Below, piece after piece: positions 1 to 9,640 of a stretch of 32,000 bases of DNA. A model generated the notes under the pieces. It searched no databases and had not been told where the DNA came from. It saw only the letters and a list, made by a program, of their open reading frames with translations. Every line of letters begins with the position of its first letter. Positions within the stretch are counted from its first letter, which is position 1. Made by a program: the position numbers and the translations under genes. Source of the stretch: an uncultured archaeon (GTDB lineage Archaea > Asgardarchaeota > Thorarchaeia > Thorarchaeales > Thorarchaeaceae); assembly GCA_964354495.1 (NCBI GenBank), contig CAYHAA010000004.1:30001-62000 (forward strand), given 5' to 3'.

Positions 1-1426
1 ACTGCTGCTCCTCATCAACAACATACTCATTCACACCCACAACAATCCTGTCCTTCTTGTCCACTGTAGTCTGGAAGTCATAGGCGCTGTTGTGAATCTC
101 ACGCTGCATGTATCCATTCTCAATTGCCGCGGGCGCGCCGCCCATTCTTTCGATTTTCTCGATGTACTCCAACGCCTTCTTCTCAATATCGTTGGTCAAT
201 GACTCGATAAAGTATGATCCCGCAACAGGATCAATAGTATCCGCCACTGCGGTCTCATGCGCGATTATCTGCTGGGTCCTGAGAGCTATTTGAACTGACT
301 TCTCTGTAGGCAGAGAGAGAGCTTCGTCTCTGGAGTTGGTATGAAGAGACTGCGTTCCGCCGAGTACAGCTTGTAGTGCCTGAAGGGTCACACGAACAAT
401 GTTGTTGTCAGGTTGCTGCGCAGTCAGTGTATAACCAGCTGTCTGAGTATGAAACCGCATTGTACAGGACCTGTCATCTTTGGCCTTGAACTGCTCTCGC
501 ATGATTCGAGCCCAGAGACGCCGTGCGGCTCTAAACTTGGCAATCTCTTCAAAGAACTCGCTTGCAGATCCGAAGAAGAAGGACAGGCGGGAGGCAAAAG
601 AGTCGACATCGAGGCCCGCATCCATGGCAGCCTTCACATAGGCGATTCCATTGGCAATCGTGAATGCGACCTCCTGTACTGCTGTGGATCCAGCCTCTCG
701 TATATGATAGCCACTGATAGAGATGGTATTGAAGAGAGGCATCCTCTCGGAACAGAACTTGAAGATGTCCGTAATCAGACGCATAGAAGGTGCAGGCGGA
801 AAGATGTATGTTCCTCGAGCTGCGTATTCCTTTAGGATATCATTTTGAATAGTACCACGGAGTTTCTCCATCGGCACTCCCTGTTTCTCACCGACAGCAA
901 TGTACATGGCTAGCAGAACCGCCGCGGGTGAGTTTATCGTCATTGATGTACTCACCCTGTCCAAGGGTATTCCATTGAACAGCATTTCCATATCTTCTAA
1001 TGTGTCAATGGCCACGCCGACCTTTCCAACCTCTCCGCTGGCCAATTCATGGTCCGAGTCATACCCTATCTGCGTTGGTAGGTCAAATGCAACAGAGAGG
1101 CCGGTCTGCCCCTGTTCCAGAAGAAACCGAAACCGCTTGTTTGTTTCTGCAGCGGTCGCAAATCCACTGTATTGCCTCATAGTCCAGAGACGTCCCCGGT
1201 ATCCAGTGGTCTGTACACCTCGGGTGAAGGGATACTCACCGGGAAAACCAAGGTCTCTTTGATAGTCCAGCTCCTCCACATCAAGTGGCGTGTATAGTCG
1301 CTTCACAGGCAGACCTGATACGGTCTTGAAGCTCTCATGTCTCTCAGGGGACTTATCCACAGTCTTCTTGACTTCAGTGTCTTCCCACCGTTCCACCGCA
1401 TCTGAGAGCTTTTTCTTGTCTTGCAT
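1..1426 (-). CDS. mcmA: Methylmalonyl-CoA mutase, large (substrate-binding) subunit; runs off the left edge
   Basis: Not in the ORF track (no stop in window). Read manually from ATG 1426 after an AGGTGA RBS: [15 protein letters not shown]...[13 protein letters not shown]...[10 protein letters not shown]...[17 protein letters not shown]...[19 protein letters not shown]. Tyr in RQY and Arg in EYAAR are the MCM specificity residues. Confidence 0.93.
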   Translation of the reverse strand, partial: MQDKKKLSDAVERWEDTEVKKTVDKSPERHESFKTVSGLPVKRLYTPLDVEELDYQRDLGFPGEYPFTRGVQTTGYRGRLWTMRQYSGFATAAETNKRFRFLLEQGQTGLSVAFDLPTQIGYDSDHELASGEVGKVGVAIDTLEDMEMLFNGIPLDRVSTSMTINSPAAVLLAMYIAVGEKQGVPMEKLRGTIQNDILKEYAARGTYIFPPAPSMRLITDIFKFCSERMPLFNTISISGYHIREAGSTAVQEVAFTIANGIAYVKAAMDAGLDVDSFASRLSFFFGSASEFFEEIAKFRAARRLWARIMREQFKAKDDRSCTMRFHTQTAGYTLTAQQPDNNIVRVTLQALQAVLGGTQSLHTNSRDEALSLPTEKSVQIALRTQQIIAHETAVADTIDPVAGSYFIESLTNDIEKKALEYIEKIERMGGAPAAIENGYMQREIHNSAYDFQTTVDKKDRIVVGVNEYVVDEEQQ

Positions 1427-1432
1427 CCCAGT

Positions 1433-2410
1433 TCACCTGCTCTCACTGAACAAGAATTCTGCAATGAGCTGCTCTGCAACCGTGTACGGATCCTTCTTGC
1501 GCTGTGCTATCATTCGGATTGCCTTCTCATATGCGGGCTTTCCTTGCAGCTTACTCGAGAGTTCCTGTGTTAGTTTGTATTTCATGATGCTCTGTAGCTC
1601 TTCCCTGCTGTGCTGGAGACCCTTCTGTTCAAGCAGGCTGGAGTCTTTGAGATACTTGAAATGCTCCAGTAGCTTGTCAGCAAGTTCTGTAACACCATCT
1701 CCGGTCCGAGAATTCGTAAGCAGGACTGGAGGCCTCCACGGACGCTCACGTGGATCAGTATCCAACATCGTGTTAATCTCAGCGACTTTCTTATCAGCTC
1801 CAGGGTAGTCACTCTTATTCACGACAAAGATGTCTGCAATCTCCATGATGCCTGCCTTTATCGCTTGGATGTCATCACCGCTTCCTGGCACATCGATTAC
1901 TATCACAGTATGCGCAATCTCTATGACCTCGACCTCTGACTGACCCGTGCCCACAGTCTCTACAAAGATGATATCCTTGCCAGATGCATCGACTGCCCTG
2001 ACAGCGTCGGAGGTTGCACGAGATAGACCACCGAGATGACCCCGTGTACCCATACTTCGCACGTAGACATCATCATCGAGACTATGCTCTTGCATTCGGA
2101 TACGGTCTCCAAGTAATGCACCCCCCGTGAAGGGACTAGATGGGTCTACACAGATTATTCCAATAGTCTTTGCCCGTTTCCTGAACTCCGCGGTCAGTTT
2201 GGTCACCAATGAGCTCTTTCCTGAACCCGGTGGACCGGTGACTCCAATTATATGTGCCTTGCCAGTATGTCTATAGAGCTGGACGAGTGCTTCCTGTGCT
2301 TGATTGTCTTCATTCTCGATGAGGGTAATGAGACGTGCCAGATATCGGCGTTTCCCGCTCAACACACCATCCACAAGCTCACTGACTGACACTACAGGTT
2401 CCTCACTCAA
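1433..2410 (-). CDS. meaB: MeaB/ArgK GTPase chaperone of B12 acyl-CoA mutases
   Basis: GVTGPPGSGKS, VDPSSPFTGGALLGDRIRM, VETVGTGQSE, GDDIQAIKAGIMEIADIFVVNKSD; lies between the two mutase subunits; TTG start. Confidence 0.95.
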   Translation of the reverse strand: MSEEPVVSVSELVDGVLSGKRRYLARLITLIENEDNQAQEALVQLYRHTGKAHIIGVTGPPGSGKSSLVTKLTAEFRKRAKTIGIICVDPSSPFTGGALLGDRIRMQEHSLDDDVYVRSMGTRGHLGGLSRATSDAVRAVDASGKDIIFVETVGTGQSEVEVIEIAHTVIVIDVPGSGDDIQAIKAGIMEIADIFVVNKSDYPGADKKVAEINTMLDTDPRERPWRPPVLLTNSRTGDGVTELADKLLEHFKYLKDSSLLEQKGLQHSREELQSIMKYKLTQELSSKLQGKPAYEKAIRMIAQRKKDPYTVAEQLIAEFLFSESR

Positions 2411-2415
2411 AAGAG

Positions 2416-2817
2416 CTATAGCTTGACATGGGTCTTGATGTACTCGACAATTTCCTGCAAGGGCGTCCCGGGTCCGAATATCTCAGCAATTCCGGTCTTT
2501 TTCAGGCCAGCAATATCATCCTCTGGAATGATGCCGCCCCCTACAACAAGGATATCATTAGCACCTTCAGCCTTGAGGAGCTCCATAATCTTCGGAAAAA
2601 GTGCATTATGAGCTCCGCTTAGGATGCTCAAGCCGATACAATGAACGCCTTCGTCCAGAGCGGCACGGACTACCATCTCAGGAGTCTGCCTCAGACCAGT
2701 ATAGATGACCTCCATACCCGCATCACGAAGGGCACGAGCAACTACCTTGGCCCCACGATCGTGCCCGTCAAGGCCAGGCTTTGCAACAAGTACACGTATC
2801 TTCTTCGATGAACTCAC
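2416..2817 (-). CDS. Cobalamin-binding small subunit of acyl-CoA mutase
   Basis: [35 protein letters not shown] (DxHxxG B12 motif), [15 protein letters not shown]. Confidence 0.95.
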   Translation of the reverse strand: MSSSKKIRVLVAKPGLDGHDRGAKVVARALRDAGMEVIYTGLRQTPEMVVRAALDEGVHCIGLSILSGAHNALFPKIMELLKAEGANDILVVGGGIIPEDDIAGLKKTGIAEIFGPGTPLQEIVEYIKTHVKL

Positions 2818-2898
2818 GAACCCACCTCAGGTTGATGACTCATGTCGAGTGACCTTGGCGACGATATAAAGGCTTTCGATTCTGAAAAAGGGAGGAAC

Positions 2899-3888
2899 TC
2901 ACTCCTCCATTATATGCACCATGTTCTCTCTACCTTCGCGAAACCGTCGTACCAGCCCTCGCTCCTCAAGATTGTTCAAGATAAGGCTGACTTTTGCCTG
3001 GGACATCTCAAATTCAGTATAGAGGTCCTTCTGCGGGCATGAACCACCCTTTCTCCGAATTACTTCTAGGACTTCCTCTTCCTCGGAGGTGACACCGATG
3101 AAGCGAGTCCTGCCTATCCTCTTAATTCGGTAGACAATCTTTGGACCAACAACTGCGATGCCGATTCCAGCAACTACGCCAAGAAGGCCGATGGCGACTG
3201 ACTCCAAGAAGAAAGAGCCAACCGAGCCCGCCTCATAATTAGGTGTCTGGTATATTATGATGAAGACACGCTCCTGCCCGGGAAGCAGTGACGGAGTGAA
3301 CCAAACAAACGATAGTGATGATCCATCTGTATAGTTCTCATCCGTGTCAGGATACAATGGTCCAATCGACTGCTGGGAGAGCATTGCTCCATCAGGGAGT
3401 ACCGCAGTGAAGGTCATGTTAGCAAATCCGGTCAGTGGGCGAGTGTAAAAGATGAAGTCACCTACTAGCATCGTGGAATCAGTTTTTACAACCGGCTCTG
3501 ACTGAAAGTCAGAGGCGAGAAAACCTAATTCAATCCAGACAGAGTCGTTCGGAGAGAGTGTCAGCCCCAGATCAATCACAACCTCAGTATACCGATCGTG
3601 CTCGACTAGCGCAGCGCTTGATGATGTTCCATTCACGCGGGCAAGAGTCAATGCTGCAGCGAGAGAGTCGATTCTGAAGCTCATTTCCGAAACCGAGCTG
3701 CTTCCCAGATTTACCATGCGGGCTCGAACAGATACAGTTGTCAGGCCATCATTATCCATGACAGCTTCGATTTCAACTGGGTCAAGTAGAATATCACTTG
3801 TCTGTGCAATCTCCGATGCACCCTCTACGGGGGGCAGCAGCATCGAGAGGACAATCAGTGTCAACAGAAGGATACTCGTTGATTTCAC
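2899..3888 (-). CDS. Membrane-anchored protein: signal peptide, extracellular beta-domain, TM helix, C-terminal winged-HTH
   Basis: Hydrophobic N-terminus; TM near SVAIGLLGVVAGIGIAVV; C-terminal EEEEVLEVIRRKGGSCPQKDLYTEFEMSQAKVSLILNNLEERGLVRRFREGRENMV is a MarR-like wHTH. Confidence 0.8.
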   Translation of the reverse strand: MKSTSILLLTLIVLSMLLPPVEGASEIAQTSDILLDPVEIEAVMDNDGLTTVSVRARMVNLGSSSVSEMSFRIDSLAAALTLARVNGTSSSAALVEHDRYTEVVIDLGLTLSPNDSVWIELGFLASDFQSEPVVKTDSTMLVGDFIFYTRPLTGFANMTFTAVLPDGAMLSQQSIGPLYPDTDENYTDGSSLSFVWFTPSLLPGQERVFIIIYQTPNYEAGSVGSFFLESVAIGLLGVVAGIGIAVVGPKIVYRIKRIGRTRFIGVTSEEEEVLEVIRRKGGSCPQKDLYTEFEMSQAKVSLILNNLEERGLVRRFREGRENMVHIMEE

Positions 3889-3971
3889 AGTCCAGCACCA
3901 TACCGATTCTATGTGTGTATCGATTACGAAAGTGTTGTATCAAGATAAGAGACGTTTCCAAATAAAATGGT

Positions 3972-3998
3972 AGGGCGGCGTCGAGTGATTACCGCCCT
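3972..3998 (-). terminator. Hairpin, probable terminator of 4013..5179
   Basis: AGGGCGG...CCGCCCT 7-bp stem followed on the minus strand by CCATTTTATTT. Confidence 0.45.
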
Positions 3999-4012
3999 GT
4001 TATGCAGTATGG

Positions 4013-5179
4013 CTACCTCTTTCGTACTATGACGATGAGTACTGCCAAGAGAGCAACTGCACCAATTCCGGCTACGAGGACAATGTCAATCGGAGATGCG
4101 ATACTAGGAACACCATCCGGATAGAGTCCGATTGAAGGGTCATGGAGAATGCTTCCATTGTCGAAGTAAGGATATGCAAGATATACAGCCAGGCCTGCCC
4201 CAGTAGGAACATAGGATACGTTCACGGGAACAGCCTCCGTGATGCCACCGGGCCAGGTGATAACAGCCGTATCAAGCCAGCTGAAGAATCCTTGAGCTAT
4301 ACCAGTATCGTAGTCAATGAAATCCATTCTCTCAATTCTGGTGGTGTTCATCGACTCAAAGCGGGTCTCGTTGCCGCTAGTCGTAGTCCAGTTCATCATA
4401 GAGTCAATAGTCGTGTTGTGAAAGCGTTCACGTGTCTCAATTCTATGGCGGTGCATCTGAGGATTCTGGTCCCCTGTGATGACAAGTTCTCTCTGGAGGG
4501 TCTGAAGAGCCACCATTGAATCTTCGCTGCTGAACGGGAAGTTGCCAATCTCGATATCGACCTTTAACTCCGACCCGCCAGCGACAGTGTAGTTGCAGTG
4601 ATGTCCATGGTCATCCGTGACCTCCCCTGTATAGTCCTCAAGATAGATGTGACCCCAAATCTGAATTGTCGTGTCTTCGAACCTCATATAATCGCCAGTC
4701 CCATTAAACGCAGCAAGTGCTGCATCGGGCATCATGGTGGTTCTGAGACCAGACTTTGTGTACTTTAGCCACACTTCAGTGGTGATACCGCCGTCCTGTA
4801 TTATGCCAGTAGTCAGTGTCCACTCGAACACTGCCAAAGGAGCGAAGAAGAGCTGTTCACCTCTTTGAAAAGCGCCATCCTCATTCAGGTCCTCGAACTC
4901 AGCTATCATCACGAAGGAGGTCATGAATTTAGCATTCATTCCATTCTCATCGACGGTATACCAAAAATGGAACTGAGGAATCTCACCATTTGCCATTATC
5001 GTAATGATGTCGGTGTTGATCCAAACTGTTCCGTCTGGGTCGCGCGTATTATGGGGCGGTCCGCCCGGTCCACCCATCTGTGAAGTGGTATTCTGTGCAC
5101 TAGCCTCCACTGCTATTGTTCCGACGAGAGCAAACAGCAGTAGCGTGCCCATGAGTAGTCTCTGTATGTTTCTCAGCAC
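4013..5179 (-). CDS. Secreted/surface protein with C-terminal TM anchor, unknown function
   Basis: GTG start after AGGTGA; signal peptide; DLNEDG Ca-binding-like loop; many NxT/S sequons; C-terminal IDIVLVAGIGAVALLAVLIVIVRKR. Confidence 0.8.
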   Translation of the reverse strand: MLRNIQRLLMGTLLLFALVGTIAVEASAQNTTSQMGGPGGPPHNTRDPDGTVWINTDIITIMANGEIPQFHFWYTVDENGMNAKFMTSFVMIAEFEDLNEDGAFQRGEQLFFAPLAVFEWTLTTGIIQDGGITTEVWLKYTKSGLRTTMMPDAALAAFNGTGDYMRFEDTTIQIWGHIYLEDYTGEVTDDHGHHCNYTVAGGSELKVDIEIGNFPFSSEDSMVALQTLQRELVITGDQNPQMHRHRIETRERFHNTTIDSMMNWTTTSGNETRFESMNTTRIERMDFIDYDTGIAQGFFSWLDTAVITWPGGITEAVPVNVSYVPTGAGLAVYLAYPYFDNGSILHDPSIGLYPDGVPSIASPIDIVLVAGIGAVALLAVLIVIVRKR

Positions 5180-5414
5180 TTGTCACCTATGGGAGTCCTC
5201 GGAGCCAGTATATATAACCACTATTTCGCGTTTAGCATGTGGAGGGCCGAATTCGATATTATGATGTCCCTTTTTTGCCAAAGAAGCTTTATGGATACTT
5301 GTAATCCTAGAAAAAGTCTTAGTAGACAACTACTAGAGCAGCAGATAGTCGTTACCACCTCACAGTTATTAGGGCTCATGAGTATGACGACATAAAGGAA
5401 AGGAAGCAATGTGA

Positions 5415-5681
5415 ATGTCAGCTAATCCAGAACATATGACGCAGTACGACTGGTTCTCACAGGCAAGGATTCATGAAACTATGGGCAATGACGAGAAAGC
5501 CCTAGCGGCATATGAAGAGTCAGTCAAGATTGATCCGCAATATGCCAAAGCTTGGTTCTACAAAGCAAAACTTCACTATAGGCAGGGGCAGATGACACTC
5601 GCGAGGGAGTGCGCCAAGAACGTCCTCAAGCTGAAGCCTGAATGGGAGAGTCATATAAAGAAGTATCTGCCAAAACTCTGA
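5415..5681 (+). CDS. Small TPR-repeat protein
   Basis: ALAAYEESVKIDPQYAKAWFYKAKLHYRQGQMTLARECAKNVLKLKP matches the TPR consensus. Confidence 0.85.
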   Translation: MSANPEHMTQYDWFSQARIHETMGNDEKALAAYEESVKIDPQYAKAWFYKAKLHYRQGQMTLARECAKNVLKLKPEWESHIKKYLPKL

Positions 5682-5688
5682 TGCTATG

Positions 5689-6159
5689 TTACAAGATTGC
5701 TGACGACGCATCAGGGTATAGAAGAACGTAGACAGCTTGATTGAGGGTCAGTATTTTTCTGTCGACCCACGCCATGACCATGTCTACATTTTCCTTGGAG
5801 GAAACCTTGACGAGCGCCTTTAGAGTTGATTCTCTGCAGCACTCAAGTTCCAGAAGTTCTTCGAGCGTCTGAACAAGAATCATCTGCCGTACATCAGGCG
5901 TGGTTTGAGTCAACCAATAGAGAACGTTCTTTCGGGTCTTTGCATTGACATTAGATTTCGCTGCAACTTCAGTAATGGCATCAGAGAGCTCTGAGATGAT
6001 GTCACTATCTTTGAGGTTCTTGAGTTCTGCTTGAATGAGCTTCACGATAGCTTTCGTATTCTTGGGAGTCTGACTTAGAATTTCAACTAGATCCGAGCGC
6101 GCCCGAATGGGGCCAAGTTCGTCGTTTTTCGTCAAATCACTCAGTACTCCGTCTTGCAT
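5689..6159 (-). CDS. Hypothetical all-alpha protein
   Basis: 156-aa ORF with protein-like helical composition filling the gap; no family recognised. Confidence 0.7.
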   Translation of the reverse strand: MQDGVLSDLTKNDELGPIRARSDLVEILSQTPKNTKAIVKLIQAELKNLKDSDIISELSDAITEVAAKSNVNAKTRKNVLYWLTQTTPDVRQMILVQTLEELLELECCRESTLKALVKVSSKENVDMVMAWVDRKILTLNQAVYVLLYPDASSAIL

Positions 6160-6253
6160 CGTATGGCATAACAGGAACCAACACTTTCAAGTCGCTAATA
6201 TGTTTGTTGCGTGGGTACTCATCGATGGTACCGCAGCCAAAAGAAGTCTGACT

Positions 6254-7006
6254 TCACAGCAGGTCAGCGAATTCTGTAATGGACCGAGTTACATAATCAG
6301 GAGCAGAGTCAGGACCATATTTCGTAATCATATCTTGTATTGATTGATTTCTACTATTGATCCAGACAGTCTTGAGATGGACTCTCTTTGCGCCGACCAT
6401 GTCTGCGTAGTATTCATCACCAATGAAGAGGATTTTCGAAGGACTGACGCCAAGGTCGTCAATAACCCTCTCAAAGATCAGGCTCATGGGTTTGTACGCT
6501 TTGACAGTACTACAGTCGACTACATCTTGGAAGTATTGCTGTAGATTCAGTTTTTCCAGGAGTTTTGTTGCATGTCCCTCAAAGCTGTTCGAGAGCACAC
6601 CCATCTTGATACCCCGTGAATGTAGATTGGAAAGCATCTCCATCACGCCAGGATATGGTTCTGAGAGCTCGATGTGAAGTGCTTTGAAACGTTGAGTGGC
6701 CTCGTCCACGAATGACAGGTCCGCATTACTATCGATGTCGCGAAGGCTGTTGCCCATGGCGGTCTTTACAATATCGAAAGGGGTTCTAAAGGGATCCCCG
6801 TCAGTAATGTCCTGAATCGCCTTGAAGTATCTCATAACCAGATTCCTGAGAAACGCGGTCTTGTGTTCTTCAGAAACAATGTTGGACTTGCGCAGCAGCC
6901 AATCGCTCGCTACCAGAGGATAGCGGTGTGTGTCCAATAGAGTTGAGTCTAGGTCAAAGACAAAGGCCTCGAACTGCTCATCATCAAACATGATCAAGAA
7001 TGCCAA
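6254..7006 (-). CDS. HAD-superfamily hydrolase (subfamily IA)
   Basis: Motif I FDLDSTLLDT, motif II LSNS, KP, motif IV IGDEYYADMVGAKRV; alternative ATG at 6991. Confidence 0.9.
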   Translation of the reverse strand: MAFLIMFDDEQFEAFVFDLDSTLLDTHRYPLVASDWLLRKSNIVSEEHKTAFLRNLVMRYFKAIQDITDGDPFRTPFDIVKTAMGNSLRDIDSNADLSFVDEATQRFKALHIELSEPYPGVMEMLSNLHSRGIKMGVLSNSFEGHATKLLEKLNLQQYFQDVVDCSTVKAYKPMSLIFERVIDDLGVSPSKILFIGDEYYADMVGAKRVHLKTVWINSRNQSIQDMITKYGPDSAPDYVTRSITEFADLL

Positions 7007-7018
7007 GTCTCCAACGGG

Positions 7019-7789
7019 TTACTCGCCCTTGGCAAGGTAGATGCCATTCGGATCAAGCTTGTGCATGATATCGATCTGTTCTTGTGTGGGCTCACGAGTT
7101 GTAGGCACATCATCAGGAACTATCAAGTCAAACATCACATTGTCCAAGATGTTCTGAACAGTGTATCCTGGATGGACTGACATCAAACGTATCTTCTTCG
7201 TCTTTGGATGAAAGTCCATCTGACACATATCAGTGATTACGACCTCGGGTCCATTCCCTACCATGGACCATTTCTTGCGCGACCCTGGACCCTCAAGATG
7301 GCCAGGTGATGTCATGTAGTCCAGTTTCTTCAAGAATTTCCGCTTATCGTGAGACATCATGATGATGAGACGTTTTGCAGATGATGCGATATCGTTTCCT
7401 CCGCCACTTCCTGGCAGTTTCACTTTGGGAGCATCATAGGGACCAATGTAGCTCGTATTCAGATTCCCATACTCATCTATCTGGGCAGCACCTAGGAATC
7501 CAACATCGATTCGACCAGCCTGAAGGAGGAATCCAAGGGTCTCTATCAGTCCGATTGAGGCTGAACAACCATAGTAGTATCTTGTGTCAGCCACAGAGAG
7601 AGGGACTTCGTGGGGGCGAGCGTCGATAAAGCCCGCCTCAGATATCAGGATTGAGCTTGGTGCGTGGGTCTCCTTCGCCAATAGAGCGGCCAAGAGTGGC
7701 ATTCCAGTTCCACCGAAAACATTCTCACCATCTCTGACATGACTAGATGCACAGGCAATCAGGAACTCTGTCTTTGTATACTGTACCAT
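7019..7789 (-). CDS. gctB: Glutaconate CoA-transferase-like, subunit B (family I CoA-transferase)
   Basis: GTGMPLLA, catalytic-position Glu in SEAG, GFLGAAQIDEYGNLN, LPGSGGGND, VVITD. Start set to ATG 7789, 2 nt after the subunit A stop, rather than 7840. Confidence 0.88.
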   Translation of the reverse strand: MVQYTKTEFLIACASSHVRDGENVFGGTGMPLLAALLAKETHAPSSILISEAGFIDARPHEVPLSVADTRYYYGCSASIGLIETLGFLLQAGRIDVGFLGAAQIDEYGNLNTSYIGPYDAPKVKLPGSGGGNDIASSAKRLIIMMSHDKRKFLKKLDYMTSPGHLEGPGSRKKWSMVGNGPEVVITDMCQMDFHPKTKKIRLMSVHPGYTVQNILDNVMFDLIVPDDVPTTREPTQEQIDIMHKLDPNGIYLAKGE

Positions 7790-7791
7790 TC

Positions 7792-8706
7792 TCAGTACCC
7801 CCATGGCCGTGTTGCATGCAGTTTCTGCAGGTGTTCCCAACCGACGAGGTCGAGATAGCCAAAGTGGTCCTCAACACCGTTGATGTAGTTGTTGAGATAC
7901 TCTTGCCAACCTTCCTCAGTCTTTGTGAGTTTGTGAAACATCATGAGATGCTCCAAGTCATAGTCATAGTAATCATGACACATCATAGGGTGAGCAACAT
8001 AGGGAAGAATCACCACATGACTTACGTACATCGCAGGGATCTTGGTCTGATCGGGGCGTGTGCGTATCTCGGCCTTGTCAATCAGTTCTTCTGCCAAGAT
8101 TATCAGTTTCTTCCCGCAGCGAGACCCTTCAAGATCTTCGCCGACAATGCCATCGATCTGTGCATTGCCTGACTTGTCTACTCGTTGTACGTGCACGATA
8201 CTGAATTCGGGTTGAAGAGATGGCACAAGACAGATCTTCTCCCCTGTGAAAGGGCAGTCAATCACTTTCAGTTTCTTGTCCCCTCGATATCGGGCAAGGC
8301 GGACCATATCAGTTCCCATCATACTTCGTACAGGCATGAAGGGGACATTCAGAGCTCCCCCGAGAAAACGCATCGCCATAGCCAAGTTGCTATAGTCCTC
8401 GACTTGGAGAGCACCCTCAGACACCCTGCGACGGATGTTGTTAGAGAGACCTAGTGCCTCAATAGCTGAGAATGCAATCTCAAACCGTGATGCCACTCCA
8501 GCTCCTGCCATAATCTCGAGGTCGACTTCTGAGCCACACGTATAGATGGTCAGATTCCTCTTTTTCTGTCTAACCAGTTCGTGAGCAAATGCAATTGGGG
8601 GCCTCTGGTAGCCAAAGCCACCCCAGAAGAGACCGTCACCATCTGATACCAGCTTCACAGCTTCTTGGAGTGTAAGCCGTTTATCCTCAACCTCTGCTTC
8701 AGTCAA
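7792..8706 (-). CDS. gctA: Glutaconate CoA-transferase-like, subunit A
   Basis: GGFGYQRPP, RFLGGALNVPFMPVRSMMGTD, CPFTGEK, IVHVQRVDKSGNAQI, AHPMMCHDYYDYD. Confidence 0.9.
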   Translation of the reverse strand: MTEAEVEDKRLTLQEAVKLVSDGDGLFWGGFGYQRPPIAFAHELVRQKKRNLTIYTCGSEVDLEIMAGAGVASRFEIAFSAIEALGLSNNIRRRVSEGALQVEDYSNLAMAMRFLGGALNVPFMPVRSMMGTDMVRLARYRGDKKLKVIDCPFTGEKICLVPSLQPEFSIVHVQRVDKSGNAQIDGIVGEDLEGSRCGKKLIILAEELIDKAEIRTRPDQTKIPAMYVSHVVILPYVAHPMMCHDYYDYDLEHLMMFHKLTKTEEGWQEYLNNYINGVEDHFGYLDLVGWEHLQKLHATRPWGY

Positions 8707-8796
8707 AGCACGTCACCTTGAACGAAACACTGTCTGTTTGGTCCGCCGCGTGAAAAGCACTGTTGCCTTTTATCTTTCTCCGTTTCGTTCCTACCA

Positions 8797-9141
8797 TCAT
8801 CCACTGAACACCAGCATGATCCCCACAGCCACGATGACTATGCTCAAGACGCAGATACAGGTCCAAGCGAATGACCTTGAGGGAGCACCACTCTCTCCAG
8901 AGAAGGAGTCTACTGGCTCACCAATTGACACTCTGGAACTAAAGCGACCTGTCGATATGTGAATGCCTAGGTCATCTTCTATTGGAAAGGAACCAGTCCC
9001 AGGGGTAAATGCGTAGACAGAATCACACCGAGGGCATCGAACGTGAATCGACCCCTCGACAGCCCTGGGTATTGATTCTGCAAGTAACGCTCCGCAATAC
9101 GGGCATGCAGGCAGTTCAGTAATACCAAGACATCCTCCCAA
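8797..9141 (-). CDS. Zinc-ribbon protein with C-terminal TM helix (paralogue 2)
   Basis: CPYCG...RCPRC...PGTGSF, then AWTCICVLSIVIVAVGIMLV. Start uncertain: TTG 9141 avoids the overlap implied by 9204. Confidence 0.7.
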   Translation of the reverse strand: MGGCLGITELPACPYCGALLAESIPRAVEGSIHVRCPRCDSVYAFTPGTGSFPIEDDLGIHISTGRFSSRVSIGEPVDSFSGESGAPSRSFAWTCICVLSIVIVAVGIMLVFSG

Positions 9142-9166
9142 TAGTTGCCGAGGCCGATTTCTCTTG

Positions 9167-9535
9167 CTAGCCAAATAGCCAGTAGAAGAAGTCAAAGAAA
9201 CCAAACAACATCATCATGGGCAAAAACATCAGAATCCCAATCAAGCAACAAATGATAGCGCAGCATGTTCCGCCTGAAGATTGCTGTTGTGGCTGCTCAA
9301 CTGTCCATGGCACTTCGCTCTCATAGATCTCACCAGGGGACGACCCATCGTGTGACACTGATGATTCGCGAGGCCCTTGCTCTGGTAAGGAGAATGCTCC
9401 AAAACCGGGGAGGTATTCAAAGAGCCCTCCACAGTTGCGACATCGCATCTGCACCTTCTCGTCATATTCCTGTTGTCTGCTATCTGCTGGTACGGTTGAC
9501 CCGCAATATGGGCAAGTAATATTCTCGGACATCAT
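9167..9535 (-). CDS. Zinc-ribbon protein with Cys-rich C-terminal TM helix (paralogue 1)
   Basis: CPYCG...RCRNC...PGFGAF, Q/P-rich linker, then TCCAIICCLIGILMFLPMMMLFGFF. Confidence 0.8.
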   Translation of the reverse strand: MMSENITCPYCGSTVPADSRQQEYDEKVQMRCRNCGGLFEYLPGFGAFSLPEQGPRESSVSHDGSSPGEIYESEVPWTVEQPQQQSSGGTCCAIICCLIGILMFLPMMMLFGFFDFFYWLFG

Positions 9536-9640
9536 GACCCGCTCGCTTGTTATACTATGTGCATCTCTGTCTGGAGAGGTTTTAAGTCTGATGAGGAGAG
9601 ACCCAGCAGTCTTATACGTAGGCAGACATCAACGATAGTT

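Noticed and set aside
108-1808. Plus-strand ORFs (108..293, 413..835, 900..1262, 1290..1808)
   Set aside because: Antisense shadows of the mutase and MeaB genes; no protein-like motifs.
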